From: an uncultured Chloroflexia bacterium
GTDB taxonomy: Bacteria; Chloroflexota; Limnocylindria; Limnocylindrales; CSP1-4
Assembly: GCA_963712745.1 (NCBI GenBank)
Contig: CAVQJC010000011.1
Span: 256,001 to 320,000 of the forward strand
DNA length: 64,000 nt
Direction: 5' to 3'
Part shown: positions 1 to 10,361 of the stretch, piece after piece
Layout: the number at the start of each line of letters is the position of its first letter
Position numbering within the stretch: position 1 is the first letter of the stretch
Made by a program: the position numbers and the translations under genes
Notes under the pieces: model-generated
The model's database searches: none
What the model was told of the DNA's origin: nothing
The model's input: the letters and a program-made list of their open reading frames with translations, nothing else

Positions 1-17
1 CGCGCCGGGGGTGGCCG

Positions 18-329
18 ATGACGAGTGACCTTCTGCTCGTGGTCCTGGTGGCCGCCGGCACCCTGGCCATGCGGGCCTCGATGGTCACGCTGCTGGCCGA
101 TGCGGCCATCCCCGCACGCGTCGAACAGGCGCTCAGCCTGGTGGCGCCGGCGGTGCTCTCCGGGCTGGTGGCACAGACCCTCTTTCTCGATGGAGGCGAC
201 TTCCGGCCGTTCGATACCTGGTATCTCGCTGCTGCCATAGCCGCTTTGGTGGCCTGGCGCACCACTTCCTTCGGCTGGACGCTGCTGGCAGGCATGGGCA
301 GCGTTTGGCTTTTCGAGGCTGTCCTCTAG
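18..329 (+). CDS. azlD: AzlD-family branched-chain amino acid export membrane protein
   Basis: 103 aa hydrophobic protein with GTLAMR..., APAVLSGLV and AALVAWRT AzlD-like pattern; ATGA overlap suggests an upstream partner (azlC) ending at 21. Confidence 0.75.
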   Translation: MTSDLLLVVLVAAGTLAMRASMVTLLADAAIPARVEQALSLVAPAVLSGLVAQTLFLDGGDFRPFDTWYLAAAIAALVAWRTTSFGWTLLAGMGSVWLFEAVL

Positions 330-381
330 AATCCGATCCCGGGGAAGTGCCACCGTCGCTCGCCCGGCCAGAGGCCTCGCA

Positions 382-413
382 CGACGGAGTAGCCCATCGA
401 CGGAGTAGCCCAT
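382..413. repeat. Perfect 16-bp tandem duplication CGACGGAGTAGCCCAT x2
   Basis: Read directly at 382-397 and 398-413, in the intergenic region upstream of the M23 gene. Confidence 0.9.
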
Positions 414-551
414 CAGTACCAGTGGGGTTGGACGAACGACTAGTCCACAAGTTCCATCTCCACCGATACCATTCGCCAACCTCGAGATGGGTCCGCATGC
501 TTGCCTGTGCCCTGGCGATGGCCATCCCGAGATGAAGTGGAGTGGAGAGCA

Positions 552-1965
552 GTGCCCCTGACCGGCTCAGTCGCGTGGCCCACATCGGCTACCCGGCTCG
601 CGATCGCGTTGTGTGCGTTCGCGCTGCTCGCCACGGCCAGCGCCACCGGGGACCGGCCCGTGGCTGCCGCTGATCTCTCCAGCCAGATCAACGCCAATCG
701 CTCGTACATGGAATATGCGCAGAAGACGATGCGCGCCCAGGACCAGGCCATCCTCTCGATCCAGAGCCAGCGCACGGGCGTCAAGAAGGCCTACAAGGAG
801 GCGCGCGCCACGCTCAGGCAGCTGCGCACCTGGTACAAGGCCACGCTCAAGATGGTGGCGACTCGACAGGCACGACTGGCCGAGGCCGAGGGACGCTACG
901 CGTCCGCGGCCGAGGCGCCGGATCCCAAGGAGTACAGGGATCGCGTGAGCAAGCTGCGCAAGGACGTGCGTGACGCGCTTGGCCAGAAGCAGACCCTCGC
1001 CTCGCGCGTGCGGGCTGCCGAGCGGACGTTCAAGGCCAGCCGCGCGCGCCTCAACTCGCTGAACCGCGCGCAGAAGGCGGCCATCGCCCGGCGCGAAGGT
1101 GCCGAGGCCACTCTCGGAGCGCGGATCGTCGAGATGCAGCGGCTGGCAGCGACACGGGCCGAGACCCAGTCCACGGTCAGCCTCGCGAGCGGTAGTTCGG
1201 CCTTCTCCTGGCCGACCACCGGCCGGATCGACCCAACCATACGGATGCACCGGCTTCAACCTGAACCCGCGACGCGGCTCCTGTCGCCACTTCCACGACG
1301 GCATCGACGTCGTGGACTCGTACGGCACGCCGGTACGGTCGGTGGCCGTGGGCGTCGTGGCCTATTCGGGCTGGAACCCGTGGGACGAAGGCGGCCGCGC
1401 CTGGATCGTCGTCGTCGTCCACCCTGACGGCTACGTTTCGCGCTATGGGCACATGATCCCGCGGCAGCCCGTCCGGGCGGGCGACGTGGTGCACACCGGC
1501 CAGATCATCGGGCGCATGGGCAGCACCGGCAAGTCCACCGGTACACACCTGCACTTCGAGCTGCTCCGCAACGGCAGCGACGTCAACCCGGTCGAGTACC
1601 TGCCCACCGGCGTGGTCCGGATCGACAAGTCCACCACGCGCGAAGGTCGCGCTGCACAGGCTAGCGGGAAGTCCAAGGCCACGGCGAAGTCCAAGGCCAA
1701 GCCGAAGCCGAAGCCGAAGGTCAAGCTCCCGAAGTTCAACAGGGCCACCAAGTTCCCCGATGAGAAGCCGACCATCGTGTGCCAGCCGGGTGGCGGGGAC
1801 AAGGGCTCGGCCGCGGTGGACGCCTGCGTGGCCGCCTTGTCGACCACGAGGGGCGACCGTCACGCGCCGCCGGTCTCTCGCGCCGATCCGGCGACCGAGG
1901 GGGAGACGACCACCGAGCCGGGTGTGCCCTTGCCCTACCGGGGCGCGTCGCCCGATCCTTCCTAG
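552..1965 (+). CDS. Secreted coiled-coil + M23 peptidase (EnvC/murein hydrolase-like); apparent +1 frameshift at ~1230
   Basis: Signal peptide and coiled coil in ORF 501-1427; HDGID, YGHM and STGTHLHFE M23 motifs in ORF 1099-1965; removing G1230 joins WPTTGRI to TQPYG; GTG start after GGAGAG. Confidence 0.85.
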
Positions 1966-2101
1966 GACTCTACCAGTCCCGGCGCGGTCCCGCCCCGACC
2001 GGCTCGGCCCCGCCAGCACCCATCCGCTCCAGCGGCGCTACGCTGTGCTCCGCGTCCGCCGGCACGCCGTGCCCTGGCGGCACCCATGGAGGTTCCAACC
2101 C

Positions 2102-3259
2102 TTGAACGTCGCAACCAGGATCGGTGGCCGCGGCCGCCGCAGTCCGATCGCTGCCGTGCTCGTGGCAGCGCTGCTGCTGACCCTGCCCGGAGCGGTGCTG
2201 GCGCAGGACGCCGACCAGAGCTCCGCCCCCGAGCCCGACGCATCCGGTGTCGAGTTCCCCATAATGCTCGGCGGCCAGCTGCTCACGGCCGAGACCTTCA
2301 CCGGCCCACAATGGCTTGACCAGGTCGATGACGGTGAGACCGACCTGAGCGGCTACATCGAGGGCACCGAGGCGCTCGTGGCGGACGTGGGCAAGACGCT
2401 CGACGACCTCACCGTCAAATCGGCGCTCTATCAGCCGAGCCCCGGCAACAATGCCGTGGTCGTGGCCATGCGCATCGAAGGCGTGGATGCGCGCGACTTC
2501 GCTGCGCCGGCCATCGCGCTCATGCTCGGAGACGTGGTCGAGCCCGACCTGCTGCTGCGGCCGTTGGGTGACAAGTGGGCGCTGCGTGTCGTCGATGCGA
2601 CGATGCCCGGGGTCTACCCCCGCACCGCCTATCTCAAGGACGACACCGTTTGGATCATCGAGGGCGACGAGGACTACGTCTGGGATGCGCTCGATCAGCT
2701 GCCCGACCCCGACCCCGTCGGCGAGAGTGCGGCAGACACCCTCTTCACCGACGTCCCGCTCTCGCTGGAAGGCCGACGTCGGGTGGGCCTCTACGAGACG
2801 ACCGAACCGCTCTTCCTGCCGACCTTCGGCGAGCGTCTCGGCGATACCGTCGACCCGTGGCTGGCAGACCTCTACCTCGAGGCTGGCATCTCGCCCTCGG
2901 AGATGATCGGCGTCTACGGCTGGTGGGGCCTGCCCTCACCTGAGAATGGCCTCCAGATCGAGGGCTACCGCCTCCCGCCCGGTGGCGAGGAACAGCTGCA
3001 GCGGCTGCTGACCGACATCTTCCTGGCCCGTCCGGCCGAGGAGGGCGCGGATCCCGAGACGACCAGCGAGCTGAGCCAGTCGCTGACCGGCATCGGCTTC
3101 AGCGAAGGCGAGTTCGCCGGACGCCAGGTGACCACGCTCGACTATGGGACCGCGGTGAAGCACATCTTCGGCTCGGAGGACGGTGAGACCATCTGGGTCG
3201 TGACCGATCCTTCGAGCGAGCCGTCGCTGGTAGAGGCCGCCGTCGCGGCTCTGCCGTAG
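2102..3259 (+). CDS. Secreted acidic hypothetical protein with two internally similar halves
   Basis: GGAGG RBS then TTG at 2102; signal peptide ending AVLA-QD; halves end in TVWIIEG...ALDQLP and TIWVVTD...AVAALP. Confidence 0.7.
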   Translation: MNVATRIGGRGRRSPIAAVLVAALLLTLPGAVLAQDADQSSAPEPDASGVEFPIMLGGQLLTAETFTGPQWLDQVDDGETDLSGYIEGTEALVADVGKTLDDLTVKSALYQPSPGNNAVVVAMRIEGVDARDFAAPAIALMLGDVVEPDLLLRPLGDKWALRVVDATMPGVYPRTAYLKDDTVWIIEGDEDYVWDALDQLPDPDPVGESAADTLFTDVPLSLEGRRRVGLYETTEPLFLPTFGERLGDTVDPWLADLYLEAGISPSEMIGVYGWWGLPSPENGLQIEGYRLPPGGEEQLQRLLTDIFLARPAEEGADPETTSELSQSLTGIGFSEGEFAGRQVTTLDYGTAVKHIFGSEDGETIWVVTDPSSEPSLVEAAVAALP

Positions 3260-3298
3260 CGCCATCGCGCCGCGGCGCGCGGCCGGCGACGCCAGGGC

Positions 3299-4678
3299 TC
3301 AAGCGAGCGGTTCGAGGCGAGCCGTGAAGTGGCGTAGCCAGGGGGCCTGTTCGACGATGCGGTAGCCGCGCATCTCCGGGGCTCGCCCGGCGACGTCGAG
3401 GATGACCTCGGCCACGTAGTCGATGTGGCTCTGGGTGTACATGCGCCGGGGGATGGCCAGGCGTACCAGCTCCATGGCGGCGGGCTCGTCGGGCTCTTCC
3501 TCACGTGCCCGGCCGAACATGACCGTGCCGATCTCGACACCGCGCACGCCGCCTGCGCGGTAGAGCTCGATGGCCAGCGCCTGGGCCGGGTACTCGTGCG
3601 CCGGGATGTGTGGCAGGAGTGCCTTGGCGTCGATGTACACCGCATGGCCGCCCGGCGGGCGGACGGTGGGGATGCCGGCCGCGTGCACGGTCTCGGCGAG
3701 GTACTCGGTCGAGCGGATGCGGTAGCGCAGGTACTTCTCGTCGACCACCTCCTGGAGACCCTGGGCGATGGCCTCCAGATCGTAGCCGGCCAGGCCGCCA
3801 TAGGTGGGGAAGCCCTCGGTCAGGATGAGCAGGTTCCGCGCCGACCGAGCCCACGAGGCGTCGTTGAGCGCGAGGAAGCCGCCGATGTTGGCCAACCCGT
3901 CCTTCTTGGCCGAGACCGTGCAGCCGTCGGCGATGGAGAACATCTCCTGCGCGATCTGCTTGGGCGTCCTGTCGGCATAGCCTTCTTCGCGCAGCTTGAT
4001 GAACCAGGCGTTCTCAGCGAAGCGGCAGGCGTCGAGGAACATGGGGATGCCGTATCCGTCGCAGACCGCCCGCACCGCACGCAGGTTGGCCATCGACACC
4101 GGCTGGCCGCCACCGGAGTTGTTGGTCACCGTTACCATCACCAGCGGGACCTTCTCGACGCCGTGTCCTTCGATGGCCGCACGCAGCGCCTCGATATCGA
4201 CGTCGCCCTTGAAGGGCAGCTCGGCCGCCGGGTCGCGACCCTCGGCGCAGACCACGTCGAGCGCCTCCGCGCCCTGGTACTCGACGTTGGCCCGGGTGGT
4301 GTCGAAGTGGGTGTTGTTGGGCACGACGTCGCCCTCGCTGACGGCGACGGTGAAGAGGATCTTCTCAGCCGCTCGACCCTGGTGCGTGGGGATGATCTCG
4401 CTGTAGCCGGTGAGATCGCGCACGACCTCTTCGAAGCGGTAGAACGAGCGGGAGCCGGCATACGACTCGTCGCCCATCATCATCCCGGCCCACTGCCTGG
4501 AGGACATGGCCCCGGTGCCGGAGTCGGTCAGGAGGTCGATGATGACCTCGTCGGCATGAAGACCGAAGAGGTTGAACCCGGCGCGGACGAGGGCGGCTTC
4601 ACGGGCCTCACGGTCGGGCAGGTCGATGGCCTGCACGGTGTGGATACGGAACGGTTCGATGATCGTCTTGAAGCCCAT
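3299..4678 (-). CDS. tnaA: Tryptophanase (PLP beta-eliminating lyase)
   Basis: IDLLTDSGT, GDESYAGS, PTHQGRAAE, DACRFAENA, SAKKDG (PLP Lys); FDTTR and LRHFTA are TnaA-type residues rather than TPL-type FTTTR and LRFFTA. Confidence 0.9.
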   Translation of the reverse strand: MGFKTIIEPFRIHTVQAIDLPDREAREAALVRAGFNLFGLHADEVIIDLLTDSGTGAMSSRQWAGMMMGDESYAGSRSFYRFEEVVRDLTGYSEIIPTHQGRAAEKILFTVAVSEGDVVPNNTHFDTTRANVEYQGAEALDVVCAEGRDPAAELPFKGDVDIEALRAAIEGHGVEKVPLVMVTVTNNSGGGQPVSMANLRAVRAVCDGYGIPMFLDACRFAENAWFIKLREEGYADRTPKQIAQEMFSIADGCTVSAKKDGLANIGGFLALNDASWARSARNLLILTEGFPTYGGLAGYDLEAIAQGLQEVVDEKYLRYRIRSTEYLAETVHAAGIPTVRPPGGHAVYIDAKALLPHIPAHEYPAQALAIELYRAGGVRGVEIGTVMFGRAREEEPDEPAAMELVRLAIPRRMYTQSHIDYVAEVILDVAGRAPEMRGYRIVEQAPWLRHFTARLEPLA

Positions 4679-4732
4679 GGGTCCCCTCGGCGGCGCGTTC
4701 GCCCCGAGTCTCGCATCTGGGCTGCCGGCGCG

Positions 4733-6325
4733 TCAGGCTGACGGCGGCGTGACGACGACGCCGTCCTCACCCTGCCAGAGCAACTGGTAGCCATGCTCGA
4801 CGAGCAGATCGGCGACGAGGCCGTCAGGGGTCACGGCGTCCGCGGAGTCGTCCACGTAGACGACCACGCTGTCGGGGCCGGGGTAGCGACGGACCCAGGC
4901 ATCGACACAGGCTGCCCGATCGACGGGGTCGGTCCGGCACTTCAACAGCTCTCGTTCGGCCATGCGCTGCGGGTCGCGCCGGTCGCCGGCCCACTCGTAC
5001 CCCTGTGTGGTGGTCATGCTGGTACGTCCCGACAGTGCCGGGAACCACTCGCTGACGATGTCGGAGCCCCATACGGCGGTAGCCAGCGAGACCGTGCGAG
5101 TCTCCGTGGGCGTGTGCTCGCGCACCCACGTCATGGCTGCCCGTTGGCTGGGCGTGAGCGCCGCGTCCGGCCCGGTGGCGTCGATGGCGGCGTTCATGGC
5201 CGGGATGAACGCCAGCGCCACGACCACCACGACCACCATCCGTCGCACGGCCCCCTGCCGGCTGACAGCCGTCGCACCCGATGCCTTCGCTGCCAGGCGC
5301 CAGACTGCCGGGACCAGCACATCGAGCGTCCCGTGCGCCGCCAGCAGGCTCACCGGAGCGGCGCCGGCGAGGGGGGAAAAGCGTGCGTCGAGCGCGAACA
5401 CGCCGATGCGCCAGACCAGCAGGAAGGGACGCCGCGCGCGAGCCTCGTGGACCTGGCCCACGATGTCCAGGATGCCGACCGCCGGAACCGTGAGCAGGAA
5501 GAGGAAGGCATAGGCGATGACCGACTCGAAGAGGTCGCGATCGGGTACCGCGGATGCGGAGAGGAACGGGTCGAACCCATGGCGGGCCACCACCGTCGCG
5601 ACCCAGGGCGCGATGATGATGAGGGCACCGGCGGCTGCCACCAGCGTCTGCACCAGCGCTTGGCGGGTGCGCCAGCGCGTCAGCCACGCCGCCCCCAGCG
5701 CGATGGCGATGAAGGGCCCTGCTTCGGGGTGGGTGGCCACGGCGAGCCCGGCCAGGACGGCGGTCGCTGCCACGTGCCGCCAGCGGCCGGTGCGGTACAT
5801 GCGCATGCCCTGCCAGGTCGCCAGCAGCGCCAACAGCAGGCCCGGCGCCCGGGTCAGCCCGCCTCCGGCGACGAGCGCGCCGATGACGCCGAGCAGCGCC
5901 CCGTAGAAGGCCGCTGCCACCAGCGCATGCCGGCGGGAGGGGCCAAGCTCCGTCGCCAGCAGGTACATCGCCAGGACGCAGGCCACGTTCAAGGCGGAGG
6001 GCAGGAACCGCAGGATGTCGGTTCGGTCGGCCCCCGTGAGCGCTTCGGCCGATGCCGCCACATAGAAGCCCAGGGGTGGATAGGCGAACGGGATGGTTCC
6101 GCCCTGGTACGTGACGAACTCGGGCAGGCCGAAGCCGGCGTCGAGGATATCGCCGATCATGACGTAGAACAGCCCACCGTCCCAGAGCGGCCAATCGTGG
6201 GCCAGGAGTGGCAGCAGGCGAAGGACGGCGACCAGCGCCAGGATGGCGACGAGGCCGGCGGCAGCCGCCCGCGAGCCGATGTCGGCATTCGGGGCTGCGC
6301 TCGAGGGTGGGGCCGTGGCGGTCAC
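4733..6325 (-). CDS. Polytopic membrane glycosyltransferase-like protein (GT-C/PMT_2-like)
   Basis: Many TM segments; DGGLF acidic loop after TM1; YPPL motif; soluble C-terminal domain with EWFPAL. Confidence 0.6.
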   Translation of the reverse strand: MTATAPPSSAAPNADIGSRAAAAGLVAILALVAVLRLLPLLAHDWPLWDGGLFYVMIGDILDAGFGLPEFVTYQGGTIPFAYPPLGFYVAASAEALTGADRTDILRFLPSALNVACVLAMYLLATELGPSRRHALVAAAFYGALLGVIGALVAGGGLTRAPGLLLALLATWQGMRMYRTGRWRHVAATAVLAGLAVATHPEAGPFIAIALGAAWLTRWRTRQALVQTLVAAAGALIIIAPWVATVVARHGFDPFLSASAVPDRDLFESVIAYAFLFLLTVPAVGILDIVGQVHEARARRPFLLVWRIGVFALDARFSPLAGAAPVSLLAAHGTLDVLVPAVWRLAAKASGATAVSRQGAVRRMVVVVVVALAFIPAMNAAIDATGPDAALTPSQRAAMTWVREHTPTETRTVSLATAVWGSDIVSEWFPALSGRTSMTTTQGYEWAGDRRDPQRMAERELLKCRTDPVDRAACVDAWVRRYPGPDSVVVYVDDSADAVTPDGLVADLLVEHGYQLLWQGEDGVVVTPPSA

Positions 6326-6440
6326 CGGCCCGTGTCGACGCGGGGTCGCTCGACCTGCCGTCCGGCTTGGCGACAGAGGTGTCGCTCGTCCACCTTCGTC
6401 AACCGGCGGGGATATGCATGGAGGTCAGGGTAGCGTGTGG

Positions 6441-7148
6441 TCAGGCTTCATCTGCGGCCGCGTCCGCCGGTGCCAGGAAGGCGTTGGCCAGGAAGCCGGT
6501 CAGCGTGCCGAAGACGCCCACGCCGACCAGGATGATGAGCGAGCCCACGAGACGCCCGGCGTCCGTGACAGGGTAGGTGTCGCCATAGCCCACCGTAGAC
6601 ATCGTGACGATCAGGTACCAGATCGCATCGGTGGCGGTGACGATGTTGGCATCCGGGGCTCCGCGCTCGACCGACAGCATGGCCAGGGCGCCGAACTCCA
6701 TGACCAGGATGGCCACGAGGAACACCAGCAGCAGGCCGCCCGTCGCCCGGTTCTCGAAGAACGCCTTGACCGCGGGCCCAAGCCCGCCCATGCGACCGAC
6801 CACCCGGACGACACGGACGATGCGTAGGACTCGCGCGATGCGCAGCGCAGGGATGACGCTGATCAGGTCGAGCCAGCCCCAGCCCTTCAGGAGGTAGGCG
6901 CGGTTGTCCTCGGCCACCTGCAGGCGGCGCAGCAGATCGGCCAGGAAGATGACGATGAGGATCCCGTCCATGATGGTCACGACCTGGCTGATGTCGGGGT
7001 TGCGCGCGACGATGGCCAGGACCAGGTTGAAGATCGATAGCACCGCCACGCACAGGACGAAGATCTCCCAGGGCATCGACAGCAGGACCTGGCCGTCTTT
7101 GGTCTGGGACCCCCAGGGGATGTCCTTGTCGATCGCGCGGTCTTCCAT
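6441..7148 (-). CDS. Voltage-gated K+ channel (6TM, KvAP-like)
   Basis: S4 RIARVLRIVRVVR; pore filter TMSTVGYGD; AGGAG RBS. Confidence 0.9.
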   Translation of the reverse strand: MEDRAIDKDIPWGSQTKDGQVLLSMPWEIFVLCVAVLSIFNLVLAIVARNPDISQVVTIMDGILIVIFLADLLRRLQVAEDNRAYLLKGWGWLDLISVIPALRIARVLRIVRVVRVVGRMGGLGPAVKAFFENRATGGLLLVFLVAILVMEFGALAMLSVERGAPDANIVTATDAIWYLIVTMSTVGYGDTYPVTDAGRLVGSLIILVGVGVFGTLTGFLANAFLAPADAAADEA

Positions 7149-7423
7149 CAGCTGGTCTCCTTTCGCTCCCGGCGGCAGCGACCGGCTGCCTCACTGTCGA
7201 GCATGATGCCTCCGGGGAGCTCAGCGGGGCATGGTTCCGTCGAACACGTCCCAGACGTCGCGCGACGCGGGTCAGCCGCCGTATCCCTACTACCTCGTCG
7301 AGGTGGACGTTCGGGGCTGTTGGCGGCGACTCGAGAGCAGTCGCCTGAAGACTTCTCCGAGCTGAGGGAGAATGTCGCCCCAAGCGGTCGCACCGCCATC
7401 GCGCACGAGGTGAACCCACCCGC

Positions 7424-9892
7424 ATGAGCACCAGCGCCCGCCGCCGGGCATTCGCGATCCTCTTGTTGGTGACGGTGATGACAGCCGGCCTGGCTCCGGC
7501 CGCAGCGCCGGGCCTGGGGCCGGCGACCGCGACCGCGGCCCAGAGCACGCCTTCTGCGACCGGTCAGTGCGTGGCCGGCTGGCAGGAGCAGCCCGTGCCC
7601 TCGAGCGCGCTCGAGTCGACTCCGTTCGAGATCGTCACTCACAAGGGCAAGCCGGCCTGGGTCGTGGGCGGCTCCAACAGCGGACCGCTGGTGCTGCGCT
7701 GGAGGTCCACCTACTGGAAGCACATGGCCAGGAGCGCAACCGGTCATCGTGGCTTCGTGGGCGCCGTCGCGTCCGGCGACCAGCAGATGCTGGCGGTCGG
7801 CTACGAGCGCGAGCCATCGCTCGAGTTCGAGCCCTACGTCGGGCGCATGAGCAGCGGCGCCTTCAGCACCCGCAAGCCCCCGCGCCCGACCAACGACCGA
7901 GCCGGCCTGGCTGACATCGCGGTGGTCTCCGGCGGCAAGCAGTGGGTCGTGGGCACTCGCCTCTACCGCGGCAGGCTGATGGCCTTCGCCTCCCGCTGGA
8001 GCGGCTCCAAGTGGACCCATCACCCCCCGGCCAGCGGCAGTGGTGCGGGCCTGCTGGCGGTCGAGCAGTCCCCCAGCGGCACCCTCTGGACGGTCGGCTG
8101 GAAGGAGGTCAGCGCGGGGCGGCCCAAACCGCTCATCGGGCGCTGGAACAAGGGTCGATGGGAGACCACTCGCGGGCCCAACCTCGGCGGCGGCACCGGC
8201 ATCCTGACCGATCTGTCCTTCGCCTCGGGCAACGATGGCTACGCGGTCGGCTACCAGGTCAAGAACGCCAGCGACCACCACCACGCCATCCTGTTCCACT
8301 GGAACGGCAAGGCCTGGACCCGCATCGACCTGCCCTGGGCGGCGGACTTCTCGGCCCTGCCACGGGCCATCTCGGTGGCCGGCGACGGCCAGATCTGGAT
8401 CGGTGGCGCCCAGCTCGCCACCGAGTCACGCGAGACCCGCGGTTTCGTGGCGCACTACGCTGGAGGGGCCTGGGAGGTCGACGTCCTGGGCGTGCCCAAG
8501 GACGTCCGCTCGGAGGTCACCGACGTAGCCGCCATCGACAAGGGCGCCATCGCCGTGGCAGCCATCGCCGGCACCACGGCCGTGCTGCGATCGTGTGAGC
8601 CGCCGACCGTGTCGCTGGCCCGAAAGCGCAAGGTATCCATCAGCGCCATCGAGGCCCGAGTGGCCGCGGACGAGGTCCATGTCGAGGACGAGCTGCCCCT
8701 CTCGCGGGGCGATGTCGCGCCGGCAGGCACGCTGGCCACGCTTGCCTCGCCTGTGCCCGCAGCCGCGCAGGGGTTCAAGGTCAGGGACCGCACCAGGAAG
8801 GCCGGGCTGGCGATCTACGCCGGCACCTACGATGGCTTCGCCAGCGATATGGACGGCAACGGCCGCAAGGACGTCTTCATCAGCCGCCACGGAGGCCAGC
8901 TGCCGCTGCTGATGATGAATTGCAAGTCCGGCTTCGTGCGTGCGGCGGGTGCCCGGCTCTTCAGTGTGGTCGATCGCCACGGTTGTGACGTGGCCGACGT
9001 CGACCGCAGCGGTGCGCGCGACATCCTCTGTGCGGTGGGCCGCGGTCGTGGCAAGCAGATCACCCGCCACGAGCTGACCATCGATGCCGGCAAGGCCGGC
9101 GGCCACCTCGATCGCTCCACGGCCGGCCTGTCCGACCCGCTTGGGCGAGGACGCGTGGTCGAGTTCATCCACCTCGACAAGGACGGCTGGCCGGACGTGT
9201 TCGTGGGCACCGCACCCGATCGAGATGACGCCCTGCCCAGCCTCAACCGCTTCTACCGCAACAACGGCGGCACCCTCGCACCGGCTCATGACGTCGGCCT
9301 GGACAAGTCGCATGGGGCCATCTGCTCCTGGAGTGGCGACATCGACCGCGATCGCGACGAGGACCTGGCCTACTGCACGTTCTGGCCCATCGGCTCGCGG
9401 CGGGCCGGCGTTCGACTCATGCGCAACGAGGGGGGCAAGCTCGTCGACCGCACGGTGTCCCGCGGTGTCAAGCCCATGGGCGACATCGACATCGACTTCG
9501 CCGACGTGACCGGTGACGGGCGCAAGGACCTGATCCAGCTGACCCCGAGCCGACTGCGGGTGAGCAAGTACACCCGATCCGGCTACGTCCGGGTCTGGGA
9601 AGCGGCCATGAGCGACGGGGTCGCCATCGCCACCGGCGACGCCGACAACGACGGCCGTTCGGACATCTACGTGGCGCGAGGCAACAAGAAGTCAAACAAG
9701 CCCGACCGGCTGCTGGTCAGCCGCAAGCAGGGCCGCACGTTCGTCTCGGTGGCCATCCCCACCACGTCCAAGGGTGCGCCCGACGATGTCTTCGCTCTCG
9801 ACTACGACAAGAACGGCTACGCCGACTTCGTCGTCCTCAATGGCGGTGGCAAGAAGGGGCCTGTGAAGCTGCTCGCTTCATACCCTCGGTAG
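7424..9892 (+). CDS. Secreted beta-propeller + FG-GAP/VCBS repeat protein
   Basis: Signal peptide; N-terminal W-VG/HWNG repeats; C-terminal DxDxDGxxD repeats (DMDGNGRKD, DKDGWPD, DVTGDGRKD, DADNDGRSD, DYDKNGYAD). Confidence 0.85.
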   Translation: MSTSARRRAFAILLLVTVMTAGLAPAAAPGLGPATATAAQSTPSATGQCVAGWQEQPVPSSALESTPFEIVTHKGKPAWVVGGSNSGPLVLRWRSTYWKHMARSATGHRGFVGAVASGDQQMLAVGYEREPSLEFEPYVGRMSSGAFSTRKPPRPTNDRAGLADIAVVSGGKQWVVGTRLYRGRLMAFASRWSGSKWTHHPPASGSGAGLLAVEQSPSGTLWTVGWKEVSAGRPKPLIGRWNKGRWETTRGPNLGGGTGILTDLSFASGNDGYAVGYQVKNASDHHHAILFHWNGKAWTRIDLPWAADFSALPRAISVAGDGQIWIGGAQLATESRETRGFVAHYAGGAWEVDVLGVPKDVRSEVTDVAAIDKGAIAVAAIAGTTAVLRSCEPPTVSLARKRKVSISAIEARVAADEVHVEDELPLSRGDVAPAGTLATLASPVPAAAQGFKVRDRTRKAGLAIYAGTYDGFASDMDGNGRKDVFISRHGGQLPLLMMNCKSGFVRAAGARLFSVVDRHGCDVADVDRSGARDILCAVGRGRGKQITRHELTIDAGKAGGHLDRSTAGLSDPLGRGRVVEFIHLDKDGWPDVFVGTAPDRDDALPSLNRFYRNNGGTLAPAHDVGLDKSHGAICSWSGDIDRDRDEDLAYCTFWPIGSRRAGVRLMRNEGGKLVDRTVSRGVKPMGDIDIDFADVTGDGRKDLIQLTPSRLRVSKYTRSGYVRVWEAAMSDGVAIATGDADNDGRSDIYVARGNKKSNKPDRLLVSRKQGRTFVSVAIPTTSKGAPDDVFALDYDKNGYADFVVLNGGGKKGPVKLLASYPR

Positions 9893-9911
9893 CGGCCCGG
9901 ATCATCGACCG

Positions 9912-10286
9912 ATGGACCCGATGGAGCACGCGCGCCCGGCCAACCAGGAGCACGGGGCAACCGGCGTGGTGGACAGCCCACCGTCCGGCCTTGCCGATGG
10001 CGACGGAACGGCGCGCCTGACCACAGACCAGATGCTCGAGTAGCTCCGGATGATGGCGCCCCAGATGGTCGGGGATGCCCCGCCGGCCTTGCGCCATGCC
10101 AGCGCCAGCGCGGCCGACCTGGCCGCCAGCGCTGCTCGTGGCGCCGGTCCGCTGGCGCGTACTCGCGACGAGGTCACCGAGGGAGCCAGACTGCGCCTGG
10201 CCGACTCGAACGAGGCCAGGTGTGGAGTGTCTCCGGCACTGGCTGGGAGAAGCTACGATCGGCCGGGCAGCGCGACTCCCCGCTGA
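9912..10286 (+). pseudogene. Probable decayed small helical protein gene with in-frame TAG at 10041
   Basis: ATG 9912 reads ...DQMLE*LRMMAPQ...ADLAASAARGAGPLA in the same frame across a single TAG. Confidence 0.4.
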
Positions 10287-10361
10287 GTCGTGATCGCTGC
10301 CAGGGGCTGACGACGAGGCCCCGCCAACCAGTGCTTGCAGGACGACAAGGTCTTCCATTCC

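Noticed and set aside
330-551. c-di-AMP (ydaO) riboswitch
   Set aside because: The consensus GAATC...GGGG...AACCCGTCAGCTAAC elements were not found
3299-4678. Tyrosine phenol-lyase (tpl)
   Set aside because: FDTTR and LRHFT residues match tryptophanase
7320-7375. Glycine riboswitch-like hairpins upstream of the FG-GAP gene
   Set aside because: Two small hairpins are present, but the conserved CGAAG/CTCTCAGG core elements are absent
10041-10043. Pyrrolysine or stop-codon readthrough at the in-frame TAG
   Set aside because: No pyl genes or catalytic context in view; a CAG>TAG nonsense change in a decaying gene is simpler
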